Under the pieces are notes generated by a model, which worked only from the letters and a program-made list of their open reading frames with translations, did no database searches and had not been told where the DNA came from. From Treponema sp. (GTDB taxonomy: Bacteria > Spirochaetota > Spirochaetia > Treponematales > Treponemataceae), in the NCBI GenBank assembly GCA_038397965.1, contig JARGFA010000017.1, positions 50,959-114,958 of the forward strand: DNA of 64,000 bases, in the 5' to 3' direction. Numbering within the stretch: position 1 is the first letter of the stretch; every line of letters begins with the position of its first letter. Shown piece after piece: positions 8,909 to 18,950 of the stretch. A program made the position numbers and the translations under genes.

Positions 8909-11314
8909 ATGAAAGATGAAACCTTTTTGAAGTATATTAAATCTTTTTTGATTAATTATATATCTGATTTTTTTAAGCAAAAAAAGGAGATGGTTTGTGC
9001 GGAAAAAGCATTCTTTCTTACCCTCCTTCTCAGTTTTTTTACCGTTACTGCCGCAATTTTGTTTATCATTCTTGGAAGAAGCGGTCTTGCTTATTTAAAT
9101 ATTGATGATTTTGCGGTTGGAAAAGTTGCGGAACGTGATGTAGCGGTCGATAGGGATATTTCATATACGGATCAGACGGCAACCGATATACGGCGTGCGG
9201 CGCGGCTTCAAACGGTGGCGCCTATTTTCCGTCAAGACGCCGAAATTGCTTCTAAAATTTTAAAAAAATATGATGAGTTTTTATCCTTTATCCTTGCATT
9301 GCGGACAAATGAAGAAACAATATCGTTTGCCGCCCAGGTACAGGAGCAGTATCCGGGGTTTTTTGAACCGCGTTTTCTGCACAGTTTACAAAAGGTCAAA
9401 AACCTGGATGTTTTTCTGACTAATGCACAGGTTGTTGTTAAGCAGGCAATGGCCGTCGGTATTGCCGAATTTCCCGATAAGGGATTAGAAGGTTTTAATC
9501 AGGCAGAGATTACATTGGCAATGCGGCGCGCAAATAATCGTGAATATATGAATGTGCAAACAGGTTCAATTATTAGAGTAGAAAATCTCATCTCATATAT
9601 TAAAACCGCTGTGCGCTCATTTGACGAAACACTTGATCCTGAGAGTATGACGTTACTGATCCGCCCTTTTTTGCAGCCTAATCTTATTTATGACGCTAAA
9701 GAAACCGAAGCGCGGGTACAAGAGGTGTTAAAACAGGTTCCGCCGGTTATTGTAACCATTCAAAAGAATCAAAAGATTATTAAACGGGGCTTCATCATTA
9801 CCGCCGAAAATTACCGTCAATTACAAGCCTATGCCGAAGCCGGTAACTATCTTGATGTCGGAAAATTTATCGGCATCGTCTGTTTTCTCATCTGTTTATA
9901 TGCGGCGGGGCTTTTTACTTTCTCAAAACAGGCGCTGAACAGTCCCTTAAAAGAAAGTCAAAAAATATTTTTATTGCTGATTTCGATGAGCGTCTACCTT
10001 TCAATTCTTTTTATCGAAAAATCTTCGTTTTTTGTTCTTCCCCTTGATATTCTGCCGTTCATTCCGGCAGCGCTTGCGGCAATGCTCATCCATACGCTCA
10101 TATCGGAGAAGGTTGCCGTTTTATCGGTATTTTTTACCATGCTGCTGGTGCTGACCGCAAGCGGATTTAAACTTGAGCCGGCGCTTTTTGCCCTCCTTTC
10201 AGGCTTATCAGCTGTTTCGCTGATGAATTTAACCGGCCGCAGGATGGATTTGATTAAAACCGCATGCCAGCTTGCCTGTATTCATCCGCTGATTACCGCG
10301 GTGCTGCTGACTGTTTTTCCTAACTCTTACAGCGACTTTACCTTTGTTTTTCTCGGTTCGGTAATTAACGGCTTTATCAGCGGTATCTTTGTACTCGGAT
10401 TTTTGCCGATTCTAGAAGCTGTGATGAATACGCCGACCTGTTTCCGGCTTATGGAGCTGTCTGATCTTAATTCACCGACGATGAAACAAATGCTCCTTAC
10501 GGTACCGGGAACCTACAACCATACGCTCATGGTGGCTTCTCTTGCGGAAATTGCTTGCCGTGCAATCGGTGCCAATGCCCTGCTTGCCCGTGTCGGTGCG
10601 TATCATCACGATCTGGGAAAAATGGCCAATAGCGAGTATTTTGTTGAAAACCAGACCTCGTACAATAAGCATTTGGATTTAAATCCCCGTCTTTCCGCAA
10701 CGATTATTAGAAGTCATGTAAAAATCGGTATTGAAAAGGCGGAAAATATGCGGCTGCCGCAGGAGGTTATCGACATTATCGGCGAACATCACGGAAATTC
10801 GTTGGTACAGTATTTTTATGCAAAGGCAAAAGAACTCGATCCGAATGTCAGCCCGACGGATTTTTCTTATCCCGGGCAGCCGCCGCGCACAAAAGAGTCG
10901 GCGGTTGTTATGCTTGCCGATATTACGGAGGCGGCCTGCCGTACCTTGGAGCGTCCATCGGTACCCCGCCTTGAAAAATTTATTGATAAACTCATTAAAT
11001 CGAAGATGGACGCTGGACAGCTTGATCACTGTGAGCTTACCTTACGGGAACTAAAAGTAATTCACGAGTCCTTTGTAACAACACTTGCAAGTTATTATCA
11101 TTCAAGGATTAAGTATCCTAATCAAAAAGACCCGGATGAAAAAACCGATGAAAAATCCGAGCAGCTCAAACCTCTTGCCGAAAAAGAGGGCGGGGAAGAT
11201 AAAGCTGCTGCGGTGAAAGAAATTGCCCCCGATGTAAAGCAGTATATTCAAGTAGATCTAGGGCTTAGTCCCTCAGAATCATCGGCGGCAAAAGAGGAAA
11301 AAAAGGATGAATAA
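8909..11314 (+). CDS. 7TM-HD phosphohydrolase (PgpH-like, putative cyclic-di-AMP phosphodiesterase)
   Basis: Extracellular domain, TM block, PGTYNH, HHDLGK, EHHG and MLAD motifs. Confidence 0.85.
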   Translation: MKDETFLKYIKSFLINYISDFFKQKKEMVCAEKAFFLTLLLSFFTVTAAILFIILGRSGLAYLNIDDFAVGKVAERDVAVDRDISYTDQTATDIRRAARLQTVAPIFRQDAEIASKILKKYDEFLSFILALRTNEETISFAAQVQEQYPGFFEPRFLHSLQKVKNLDVFLTNAQVVVKQAMAVGIAEFPDKGLEGFNQAEITLAMRRANNREYMNVQTGSIIRVENLISYIKTAVRSFDETLDPESMTLLIRPFLQPNLIYDAKETEARVQEVLKQVPPVIVTIQKNQKIIKRGFIITAENYRQLQAYAEAGNYLDVGKFIGIVCFLICLYAAGLFTFSKQALNSPLKESQKIFLLLISMSVYLSILFIEKSSFFVLPLDILPFIPAALAAMLIHTLISEKVAVLSVFFTMLLVLTASGFKLEPALFALLSGLSAVSLMNLTGRRMDLIKTACQLACIHPLITAVLLTVFPNSYSDFTFVFLGSVINGFISGIFVLGFLPILEAVMNTPTCFRLMELSDLNSPTMKQMLLTVPGTYNHTLMVASLAEIACRAIGANALLARVGAYHHDLGKMANSEYFVENQTSYNKHLDLNPRLSATIIRSHVKIGIEKAENMRLPQEVIDIIGEHHGNSLVQYFYAKAKELDPNVSPTDFSYPGQPPRTKESAVVMLADITEAACRTLERPSVPRLEKFIDKLIKSKMDAGQLDHCELTLRELKVIHESFVTTLASYYHSRIKYPNQKDPDEKTDEKSEQLKPLAEKEGGEDKAAAVKEIAPDVKQYIQVDLGLSPSESSAAKEEKKDE

Positions 11315-11783
11315 TGTTGACATTATCTGGCAGGATATGCCGGAAGCTGCGTGGAAACCGGCTGCGGAAGCCTTTGTCCGTCTGATCTTAGCTCATTTGC
11401 AGTATGACAACTGGGATATTGCCGTTGTATTCTGTTTTGACCCCTTTATCCGGCAGCTCAATAAAACGTACCGGAACATTGATGCACCGACGGATGTGCT
11501 TTCTTTTGAACAGGGTGATGAATATGATGATGCCGGCGGACAGCGGCGTTTTAGTGCGGGAGATATTATTATCAGCCTTGACAGCTTGAAGACAAATGCC
11601 GAAAATTTTAATGTAGCGGTTGATGAAGAACTCAAGCGTTTGTTAATACACGGCATTCTCCATTTGAGCGGTATGGATCATAGCGATAACAGTCCCGAAC
11701 AGGAAATGCTGCAATTACAAGAAAAAATACTCGGCATCTACAGTACGGAAGCCGTAATCAGGAATAGGTATGGGGATATTTGA
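11307..11783 (+). CDS. ybeY: rRNA maturation endoribonuclease YbeY
   Basis: PTDVLSF and HGILHLSGMDH motifs. Confidence 0.93.
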   Translation: MNNVDIIWQDMPEAAWKPAAEAFVRLILAHLQYDNWDIAVVFCFDPFIRQLNKTYRNIDAPTDVLSFEQGDEYDDAGGQRRFSAGDIIISLDSLKTNAENFNVAVDEELKRLLIHGILHLSGMDHSDNSPEQEMLQLQEKILGIYSTEAVIRNRYGDI

Positions 11784-12549
11784 TAAACTAAGAAAAAAAC
11801 GGCCGGTATCCGAAATCTTACCGGATTCGCTCAATGAAGAAAAAGAAGATATGATACGCGGGGTGGTTGACCTTTCCGACACTGCGGTTAAAGAGGTGAT
11901 GATACCGCGGATCGACGTTGATTTTATCCCGCTTGATGTGGATAGGGAAGAATTGGTACAGCGGGTGGCCGAAAGCGGACACTCAAGGTTTCCCGTGTAT
12001 CAGGATTCGATCGACAATGTTGTCGGTGTCTTATATGTTAAAGATCTTATCAACTCTTTTGCAAAAAAAGAACCCATTGAGCTGCAAAAAATAATCCGCA
12101 AGCCTTTTTTTGTACCCGAATCCAAACGGATTGACGGACTTTTGCGGGAATTTAAGCGCCGTCATGTGCATATTGCCATTGCGGTTGACGAATACGGCGG
12201 TATTTCAGGTATTGTCTGTATGGAAGACATTATCGAAGAAATTGTCGGCGATATTCAGGATGAATTTGATAATGAAGGAGAGGATATTTCCGCAATAGGG
12301 GACGGGCTGTGGCTCTGCGATGCCCGTGTTGATATGGATGATTTAGCGGAGTGTTTGGGAACTGAACTTCCCTCAGATGAGTTTGAAACGCTCGGCGGCT
12401 TTGTCTTTGATTTATTCGGAAAGATTCCTGTCCGGTATGAAAAGGTGAGTTGGAACAATTTTGATTTTATCATTCAGGATATGGACGGTCATAAAATCAA
12501 TACGGTAAAGATTGCAGCCGTGAAAGACGGTGATTCTGAAGAACGGTAA
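11770..12549 (+). CDS. CBS/CorC-HlyC domain protein (hemolysin C / Mg-Co efflux family)
   Basis: VMIPR, HSRFPVY, VDEYGG, EDIIEEIVGDI and ETLGGF motifs. Confidence 0.9.
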   Translation: MGIFDKLRKKRPVSEILPDSLNEEKEDMIRGVVDLSDTAVKEVMIPRIDVDFIPLDVDREELVQRVAESGHSRFPVYQDSIDNVVGVLYVKDLINSFAKKEPIELQKIIRKPFFVPESKRIDGLLREFKRRHVHIAIAVDEYGGISGIVCMEDIIEEIVGDIQDEFDNEGEDISAIGDGLWLCDARVDMDDLAECLGTELPSDEFETLGGFVFDLFGKIPVRYEKVSWNNFDFIIQDMDGHKINTVKIAAVKDGDSEER

Positions 12550-12562
12550 ATAAGGAATAACT

Positions 12563-14566
12563 ATGCGTAAAAAGATATTTTTTCTTCTGATGCTGTGTAT
12601 TGCGGTGCCTCTTGCGGCTTCTCCGATAAAACTCTTTGAAGCAGGAAAGGAGCTTCAGTACCGCGAAAATTGGTACGGTGCGGTTGAACTCTATCAGCAG
12701 GCGTTAAAAGAAAATCCTGCTTATAATGCAGTATACCGCGGATTGGCGGAATGCTTTTACGCATTGGGAGAATATGATCAGGCGATTGTGTATGTCGAAA
12801 AAGCGCGCCGCTATGCCCCGCAGGATGTCGATATAGAAAATTTATATGCTTTTATATTAATCGGGATCGGAAAGGTAGAAGAGGCTCAGAAAATTTTTTC
12901 AGCCGTTCTGAACCGCTATCCCAATAATCTTGATGCCCGGTTCGGTATGGCTGAAATTGAAGTCAGCGGCGGCCGGCTCACCAATGCCTCGGAACTGTAT
13001 ACGGCAGCATTGCGCCGTCAGAGCGAAAACCGTAAGGCCTTACTTTCGCTTGCCTTACTGAGCTATGAAACGGGAAACACGGCGGCCGCGCACAGTTATA
13101 CCGCCCGTGCCCTGCAGTATCACGGGGATAATGCACAGGTGCATTACTTTGCCGGTTATCTTGCAGCCCTTGCAGGAAATATGAGCGAGGCTGAAGGACG
13201 CATCCGTGCGGCACTCACCATTAACGAAGATTATGACCGCGCCCGGGCGCTCTTGTGTGCTATTCTGTACAGTGCCGGCCGCTACCGTGAAGCCTTAGAT
13301 ATATCGGATCTGCGTATTGCCGGAGACCGGAAACGTTCCGATGCATGGTATTTAAAGACACTCTGCCTGGTTAAGCTGGAGGATAATGAAGGCGCGTTTG
13401 AGTCTGCCCGTACCGGTCTTGCGATTGATCCGGAAAATGAGCTGATGCGTACTTTACTGGAAGATATTGCGGTGAAGAATCTTGAGTTTGAGGATGATCG
13501 CCGTAAAACTCTCTCACAGGTGCATAGTACAAAAGGAGCCGGTTTTGTAACGAGGAATATGACCGATCAGGCGTTGTATGAGTACCGCCGTGCCTTGAAA
13601 GTCTATCCATATGATGCGGAAAGCCGGCAGGCCTATGCAAAAATTTTAATGCGGCAGGGATTTCCTGAGCGTGCCATTCAGCAGTTGGAGTTTATTCAGT
13701 CGATCGAAAAAAGTAATGCCCGTATTAATGATATAGTAGAGGCCTATTCAAAAACCTTAGAACATTCGGTACGTAAACGCTGGAATATTGATTCTCTTTA
13801 TTTGGATAAATCCCATCTTTCCATAGGTTTATTCTATCAGGTCGATTCTGCAAATGTGTTTCATCCTGAAGCTGAAAAGCTGACGGCGGGCCTGATGAGC
13901 GACATCATGGCGTATAACCGGCGTTTTGATATTTCCGCTCATCTTACAAAACCTCATTCGTATATGGAGGCGTTTAGACAGGCGCGTACTGCTTCGAATG
14001 ATTATTTCGGTATTCTGAGTGTAAAAGAAAATGAACGGGATGTTCAAATTACGCTTGATGTCTATGTCGGCCGTACGGGTTCGAAGGCGGAAACCCTCAC
14101 AGTGTACCGCTCAGGAAATGACCGGCTTAGTAATGCCCTCCGCCGTATAACCGATATGTTTAATACCGCGTTGCCGGTTATCGGAAGTATTGCCGGCCGC
14201 TCTCAGGCGGAAGCTGTCATAGATATCGGTTCCGGAGATTGTAATTTAACCGATTGCACGGTTGAAATTATTAAACAGGGAACTTTGACTATTGCAAACG
14301 AAGGCATCGGCCTATTGTATAATGAAAAAGATATTCTCGGCACCTTTACGATCGGACGGGTTTCAGAAGATCTGACCGAAGGAACACTTACCCGTAAGGG
14401 CTATTACGATAAGATGACCAGGGGCGATATGGCGGTTATCATTTATACCGATGCAGAAAAAGAAAAAGCAAGGACCGGAAGCAAGGCAGAAAAGACAACC
14501 GACGGAACCGATAAACGCGGAAAAGAAATGTCCCATCTGCTCTCCCTCTTACGGAGCATACGCTAG
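12563..14566 (+). CDS. Exported tetratricopeptide-repeat protein
   Basis: Signal peptide followed by multiple TPR-like helical repeats. Confidence 0.85.
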   Translation: MRKKIFFLLMLCIAVPLAASPIKLFEAGKELQYRENWYGAVELYQQALKENPAYNAVYRGLAECFYALGEYDQAIVYVEKARRYAPQDVDIENLYAFILIGIGKVEEAQKIFSAVLNRYPNNLDARFGMAEIEVSGGRLTNASELYTAALRRQSENRKALLSLALLSYETGNTAAAHSYTARALQYHGDNAQVHYFAGYLAALAGNMSEAEGRIRAALTINEDYDRARALLCAILYSAGRYREALDISDLRIAGDRKRSDAWYLKTLCLVKLEDNEGAFESARTGLAIDPENELMRTLLEDIAVKNLEFEDDRRKTLSQVHSTKGAGFVTRNMTDQALYEYRRALKVYPYDAESRQAYAKILMRQGFPERAIQQLEFIQSIEKSNARINDIVEAYSKTLEHSVRKRWNIDSLYLDKSHLSIGLFYQVDSANVFHPEAEKLTAGLMSDIMAYNRRFDISAHLTKPHSYMEAFRQARTASNDYFGILSVKENERDVQITLDVYVGRTGSKAETLTVYRSGNDRLSNALRRITDMFNTALPVIGSIAGRSQAEAVIDIGSGDCNLTDCTVEIIKQGTLTIANEGIGLLYNEKDILGTFTIGRVSEDLTEGTLTRKGYYDKMTRGDMAVIIYTDAEKEKARTGSKAEKTTDGTDKRGKEMSHLLSLLRSIR

Positions 14567-14636
14567 GATTGCGAATGTCTTGCAAGGAAGGCAGAAACTG
14601 GTATTGGCCGGCCTTCTTGTTGTGCCCGTCTTGCGG

Positions 14637-15170
14637 TTAATACGTGCGGTGGAGTCTTAGGCTGCTTTTTTCCGCAGCTATGACAGCCTCCGCTTCGGTA
14701 CACTGCTCCGATAAAAACTGTGCCGGTATGCGGAGGCTGCTTCCGATATACACCGCTTCGATTGTTTTTGTTTCCTGTGCACCTGTTCCGATATTCCGGG
14801 CAGTAAGATGGACGGTTACCGGAAGCATATATCCGTCTTCTTGTTTGGTTGCTGCAAATACGATATTGATATATATCGTTTCTTCCTGAATCAGCGATTC
14901 AAGTTTCACCGGAATCCCGTTCAGCTTTCCCGACGTACGGTCGAGCTGTAAAAAAACCGATAACAGCATCAAAATACATACGAGAATAATTGAAAATAAG
15001 ATGTACCGGGATGCCCGTGTGGCGGTTAGGCTTTTAATCAAGCCCGGTTTTTGGATGTAATCGGGCCGATGCATCCGCTGTACTGATTCAGGTGCCTTTG
15101 CTAAGCGTTCAGTGCGGTTATACCGTAGCCGTACTTGGCCGGGATTATACGATTCGCTGCTATGTTTCAT
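14637..15170 (-). CDS. Hypothetical membrane protein
   Basis: One TM segment, LRYNRTERL motif; start moved to ATG15170, overlapping the end of the upstream gene. Confidence 0.7.
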   Translation of the reverse strand: MKHSSESYNPGQVRLRYNRTERLAKAPESVQRMHRPDYIQKPGLIKSLTATRASRYILFSIILVCILMLLSVFLQLDRTSGKLNGIPVKLESLIQEETIYINIVFAATKQEDGYMLPVTVHLTARNIGTGAQETKTIEAVYIGSSLRIPAQFLSEQCTEAEAVIAAEKSSLRLHRTY

Positions 15171-16389
15171 TTTTTGATGCTCCAATAAGTTCATGGGTGC
15201 CCCACCACACAATCGCGGCGTGTTCATTGCCCGCGAGTATGGCTGATAAAATCCCGTCCGGAGAAAGATTGAAGGCATTATAGGTGAGTTCTTCCGGTGT
15301 TACCGAGAGTGTACGGGTATATATTTTATTTGATTTTAGATCGATCAATTCCAAGATATAGCCGTCCGGCAGCGGAGTGGTTAAAAAGCACCAGTTATTT
15401 GCCGTTACGCCGAGCAGTCCGTAGACTTTTTTAAAGTGCCGTATGCCTGCTCCGGTATGTTCGGTGCCTTCGTATGGAGCAATGTCTATTTTACGTTCAT
15501 ACCTCTTTGTGTCGATATTAAAAATATACAGACAGCTTTTATCATAACTGATACCGGCGCTGACCTTTGTTCCCGGATCAATATTTTCACGGTAATAATC
15601 GATTTTGATATACAGTTTTTTCGTATTAAAATCGGGAACGATTTTATCAATACTCGAAAACATTTTCAGTTCATCGGTGTACGGAGAGGGCAGGGTATTA
15701 AACGCGATGGGAATTTTATACCGTAAGCTGCCGCTCTGGTCATACCAATAGACCCGGATACTTTGTTCCGTTCTGCATATTACGATGATACTGCTGTCGG
15801 CGGCGGTATAGAGTCCTTCGATGGGAGGAAAAGGAGTGCCGCCTGGGCCTTCTTGTCCGATAGTATCAATAAATTCACCGTTTTCATTAAAGCGGAGGAC
15901 AATATCGCGGAGGGCAAGGTTTTCCGTTTGATCATACTCAATGCGCTCTTCTTTAAGGGTATCGACTGCAAACAGATGTTTTTCTTGAGTAACCGCAAGA
16001 TAGGAAGGATGATTGAGCGGATATATCAGTGCACGCCGTGTCATTATTGTATCTTTTTGTTCCGTTTCAATAAATGTCGGACGCGGATTTTTCTCCGGAT
16101 TATAATAAAGGGCAAGCAGATCCCCGAAAGAGGTGAGCTGGAGAATCTTGCCTGCATTTGAATTGCTGATGTAGAATATTCCGCCGTCCATATACAGCTG
16201 ACTGTCGGGGCGTGTATAAGAACTTTCAAGATTGAAAAGGTTCATTTGGCTTTCAAAGTTACCGTATTGTATGAGAAAAAGATCTTCCCGCTCCAGCTTA
16301 CCTGTCTTACCGTTGGTGCAGCCTGCGGTAAGCATCACGAAAATATAAATCAGCAGAAGAATTACGGGGTACCGAACTCTATGATACAT
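15160..16389 (-). CDS. Hypothetical lipoprotein
   Basis: Signal peptide with TAGC lipobox; start moved to ATG16389. Confidence 0.75.
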   Translation of the reverse strand: MYHRVRYPVILLLIYIFVMLTAGCTNGKTGKLEREDLFLIQYGNFESQMNLFNLESSYTRPDSQLYMDGGIFYISNSNAGKILQLTSFGDLLALYYNPEKNPRPTFIETEQKDTIMTRRALIYPLNHPSYLAVTQEKHLFAVDTLKEERIEYDQTENLALRDIVLRFNENGEFIDTIGQEGPGGTPFPPIEGLYTAADSSIIVICRTEQSIRVYWYDQSGSLRYKIPIAFNTLPSPYTDELKMFSSIDKIVPDFNTKKLYIKIDYYRENIDPGTKVSAGISYDKSCLYIFNIDTKRYERKIDIAPYEGTEHTGAGIRHFKKVYGLLGVTANNWCFLTTPLPDGYILELIDLKSNKIYTRTLSVTPEELTYNAFNLSPDGILSAILAGNEHAAIVWWGTHELIGASKNET

Positions 16390-16448
16390 GAAAATCCTCC
16401 GGAAAAATAACACTGCGGCTGTATTTTTGATACATCGGCATTCCTCCC

Positions 16449-16477
16449 AGCATAGAAATGATTATGATGTGTGTCAA
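16449..16477 (-). promoter_or_regulatory. sigma70 promoter of the lipoprotein gene
   Basis: TTGACA-17 bp-TATGCT. Confidence 0.55.
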
Positions 16478-16526
16478 CAGGCGTATCAGCTTAAATATTT
16501 TCATGCTGCGTGCTATACTCATCTCC

Positions 16527-18587
16527 ATGCTGGTTGGAGAAATTCAAACACCTGTTTCAAATGTGTATGGCGCGGGTAAAGCCGCCGTTGAACAGCTGAG
16601 ACGGCTGGAGGTAGAAACCGTAGGTGATTTGCTGCAGCTTTGGCCGCGGTACTGGGAAGACCGCAGCCGGTATAACTGCCTGCGGGAATGGAATCGGTAT
16701 CATAAATTGTATGTGCCGGTACGGATTATTGCTCATCAATGGTTCGGGTACGGGCGGATGAAAACATTAAAACTAATTATCTGCGATGCGGAAGATACCC
16801 GCGGGGAATTGCTCTGCTTTAACCGCCCGTTTCTGGAAAAAGCCTTTCCAGAAGGCGCTTCCGCTGCCGTTTATGGAATGTTTACAGTAAAATACGGTGC
16901 AATCCAATCAAGTTCTTTTGAAATTGAAAAACCTGAAACAGCCGAGCAGCGGATTTTGCCCGTGTATCCGCTGACGCAGGGGCTGACGCAGACCAAGCTC
17001 CGTAAGCTCATTGAACGGGCCTTAGATTCGTATGCACGGGGAATAGATTCGGATCTGCCGCCGGAAGTTTTAGCAAAATACGGGCTTCCTGCGAAAAAAG
17101 ATATTCTGTATGCGATGCACCGTCCTGCAACGATGCAGCAGGCGGAAGCAGCCCATACCGCCCTTATTTTTGAAGAGTTTTTTATGTACGAAGCGGCTGT
17201 CGGTCTGCGTTCCCTTCAGCGGCGAGGAGTGCTTCCCCGTACCGGGATACAAGACACGGATCGAGGCACTGTGCCGGATCCGGTATATAGTCCGGCTCAG
17301 CGCAGTTTACTGGAGCGTTTGCCGTTTCAGCTTACCGCCGATCAAGAACAGGTTACTGCGGATATCAATGCGGATATTGACGGCACCGTTCCGGCAGCCC
17401 GCCTGATTCAAGGGGATGTCGGGTCGGGAAAAACGCTGGTTGCGTTTTTAGCCTGCTTAAAGGTGATAGAAGGCGGCGGGCAGGCCGCTTTCATGGCGCC
17501 CACAGAATTGCTGGCGCGTCAGCACGCGGAAAATGCCGCACGGCTGCTTGAACCGCTCGGTATCCGGCTTGCCTTTTTAACGGGAAACCTCAGGGCAGCA
17601 GGACGTTCCCAGCTGCTGAGGCAGCTTGAACTCGGTAATATCGACCTCATTATCGGTACCCATGCCCTGTTTTCCGCCCAGACCTTGTATAAAAATCTCC
17701 GGCTAGTCGTTATTGACGAACAGCACCGCTTCGGGGTTTTGCAGCGTGCCGCGATTATTCAAAAGGGCATTGACAGCACCCCTGAAAAAAAAGCTCCTCA
17801 TTTTTTGATGATGAGTGCAACGCCCATTCCGCGGACTCTGGCCCTGTCCATGTTCGGCGACTTGGATATTTCGACGATTAAAACCCTGCCTCCGGGGAGA
17901 AAACCTGTGATTACCTATATTGCCGCGCAGCAGAAGGCGGAAAAGGTCTATCATTTTATCGGGCAGGAAATTCTTGCCGGCAAGCAGGCTTATTTTGTCT
18001 ATCCGCTTATTGAAGATACCGGTACGCTGAATTTGAAGTCGGCGGAAGAAATGTTTGCAAACCTAACCGAAAGCTTTCCCCATCACCGCCTTGCCCTCAT
18101 TCATTCAAAGATTGACGAAGACGAAGCTCGGAAGATTATGGATGATTTCCGTGCCGGCGCTATTCATATTCTGGTAGCGACAACGGTGATTGAAGTCGGT
18201 GTCGATGTGCCCAATGCCACCTGTATGGTGATTGAACACGCAGACCGTTTCGGACTTTCCGCGTTGCATCAGCTGCGGGGACGAATCGGACGGGGGAGCG
18301 AACAATCCTATTGCTTCCTGCTGTACGGTAAGGGCATTACCGAAACGGGGAAAGCGCGCTTGCAGGTGATGAGTAATACAACGGACGGCTTTGTTATTGC
18401 CGAAGAGGATTTAAAGTTGCGCGGTCCGGGAGATATAGGCGGGGTTGAGCAGTCGGGTTACTGCGGTTTTGTACTTGGCGACCCCATCCGCGATTTTGCC
18501 GTCTTTGAAACCGCGCGGACAGCTGCATTTGAAATGTTGTCGGAACAGTACGGAGAAGGAAGGGCGGCCTTACGGGAACAATGGTAA
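16527..18587 (+). CDS. recG: ATP-dependent DNA helicase RecG
   Basis: QGDVGSGKT, MAPTELLARQH, IDEQHRFG, MSATPIPR, LHQLRGRIGRG, EEDLKLRGPG; exact start uncertain (16503 or 16527). Confidence 0.95.
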   Translation: MLVGEIQTPVSNVYGAGKAAVEQLRRLEVETVGDLLQLWPRYWEDRSRYNCLREWNRYHKLYVPVRIIAHQWFGYGRMKTLKLIICDAEDTRGELLCFNRPFLEKAFPEGASAAVYGMFTVKYGAIQSSSFEIEKPETAEQRILPVYPLTQGLTQTKLRKLIERALDSYARGIDSDLPPEVLAKYGLPAKKDILYAMHRPATMQQAEAAHTALIFEEFFMYEAAVGLRSLQRRGVLPRTGIQDTDRGTVPDPVYSPAQRSLLERLPFQLTADQEQVTADINADIDGTVPAARLIQGDVGSGKTLVAFLACLKVIEGGGQAAFMAPTELLARQHAENAARLLEPLGIRLAFLTGNLRAAGRSQLLRQLELGNIDLIIGTHALFSAQTLYKNLRLVVIDEQHRFGVLQRAAIIQKGIDSTPEKKAPHFLMMSATPIPRTLALSMFGDLDISTIKTLPPGRKPVITYIAAQQKAEKVYHFIGQEILAGKQAYFVYPLIEDTGTLNLKSAEEMFANLTESFPHHRLALIHSKIDEDEARKIMDDFRAGAIHILVATTVIEVGVDVPNATCMVIEHADRFGLSALHQLRGRIGRGSEQSYCFLLYGKGITETGKARLQVMSNTTDGFVIAEEDLKLRGPGDIGGVEQSGYCGFVLGDPIRDFAVFETARTAAFEMLSEQYGEGRAALREQW

Positions 18588-18635
18588 GACCGCCCTTGGG
18601 TTTTATTTTTTGGAGGGATTAAGTATGTGCTACGG

Positions 18636-18950
18636 TTATTCTTTTATCTTTGAGGAAGGAACTTTGACAACATGACCGGGGCCTGCGTCAAAGATAACCG
18701 TAAATTTTCCTTCCGGTTTTTTAAAGGTAAATTCACTGTTTTTATCCAGCTTACCCTTGAGTAATACTTTTCCTTTCGGGTCCTCAACGCGGATTTCAAT
18801 TCCTTTTGCAGAAGATCCGTCGGAAAAACCGCCTTCGCACGAAACAGTTCCGTCGCCGTTGTCCCAGCACAGCAAAATCGGCGCATGGGCGTAAAGAACG
18901 GCTGTTACCGCTAGTAGTGCAAATCCTAAAAGAAACAGCCGTTTTTTCAT
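18636..18950 (-). CDS. Small exported protein, FpvJ-like
   Basis: Signal peptide, then HAPILLC-x9-CEGGFSDGSSA and FDAGPGHVV; start overlaps the stop of the ZinT-like gene by 4 bp. Confidence 0.75.
   Translation of the reverse strand: MKKRLFLLGFALLAVTAVLYAHAPILLCWDNGDGTVSCEGGFSDGSSAKGIEIRVEDPKGKVLLKGKLDKNSEFTFKKPEGKFTVIFDAGPGHVVKVPSSKIKE

Noticed and set aside
7911-14566. phoH, 7TM-HD, ybeY, corC, TPR cluster as a possible novel c-di-AMP system
   Set aside because: This neighbourhood is widely conserved and already known (phoH-pgpH-ybeY type).
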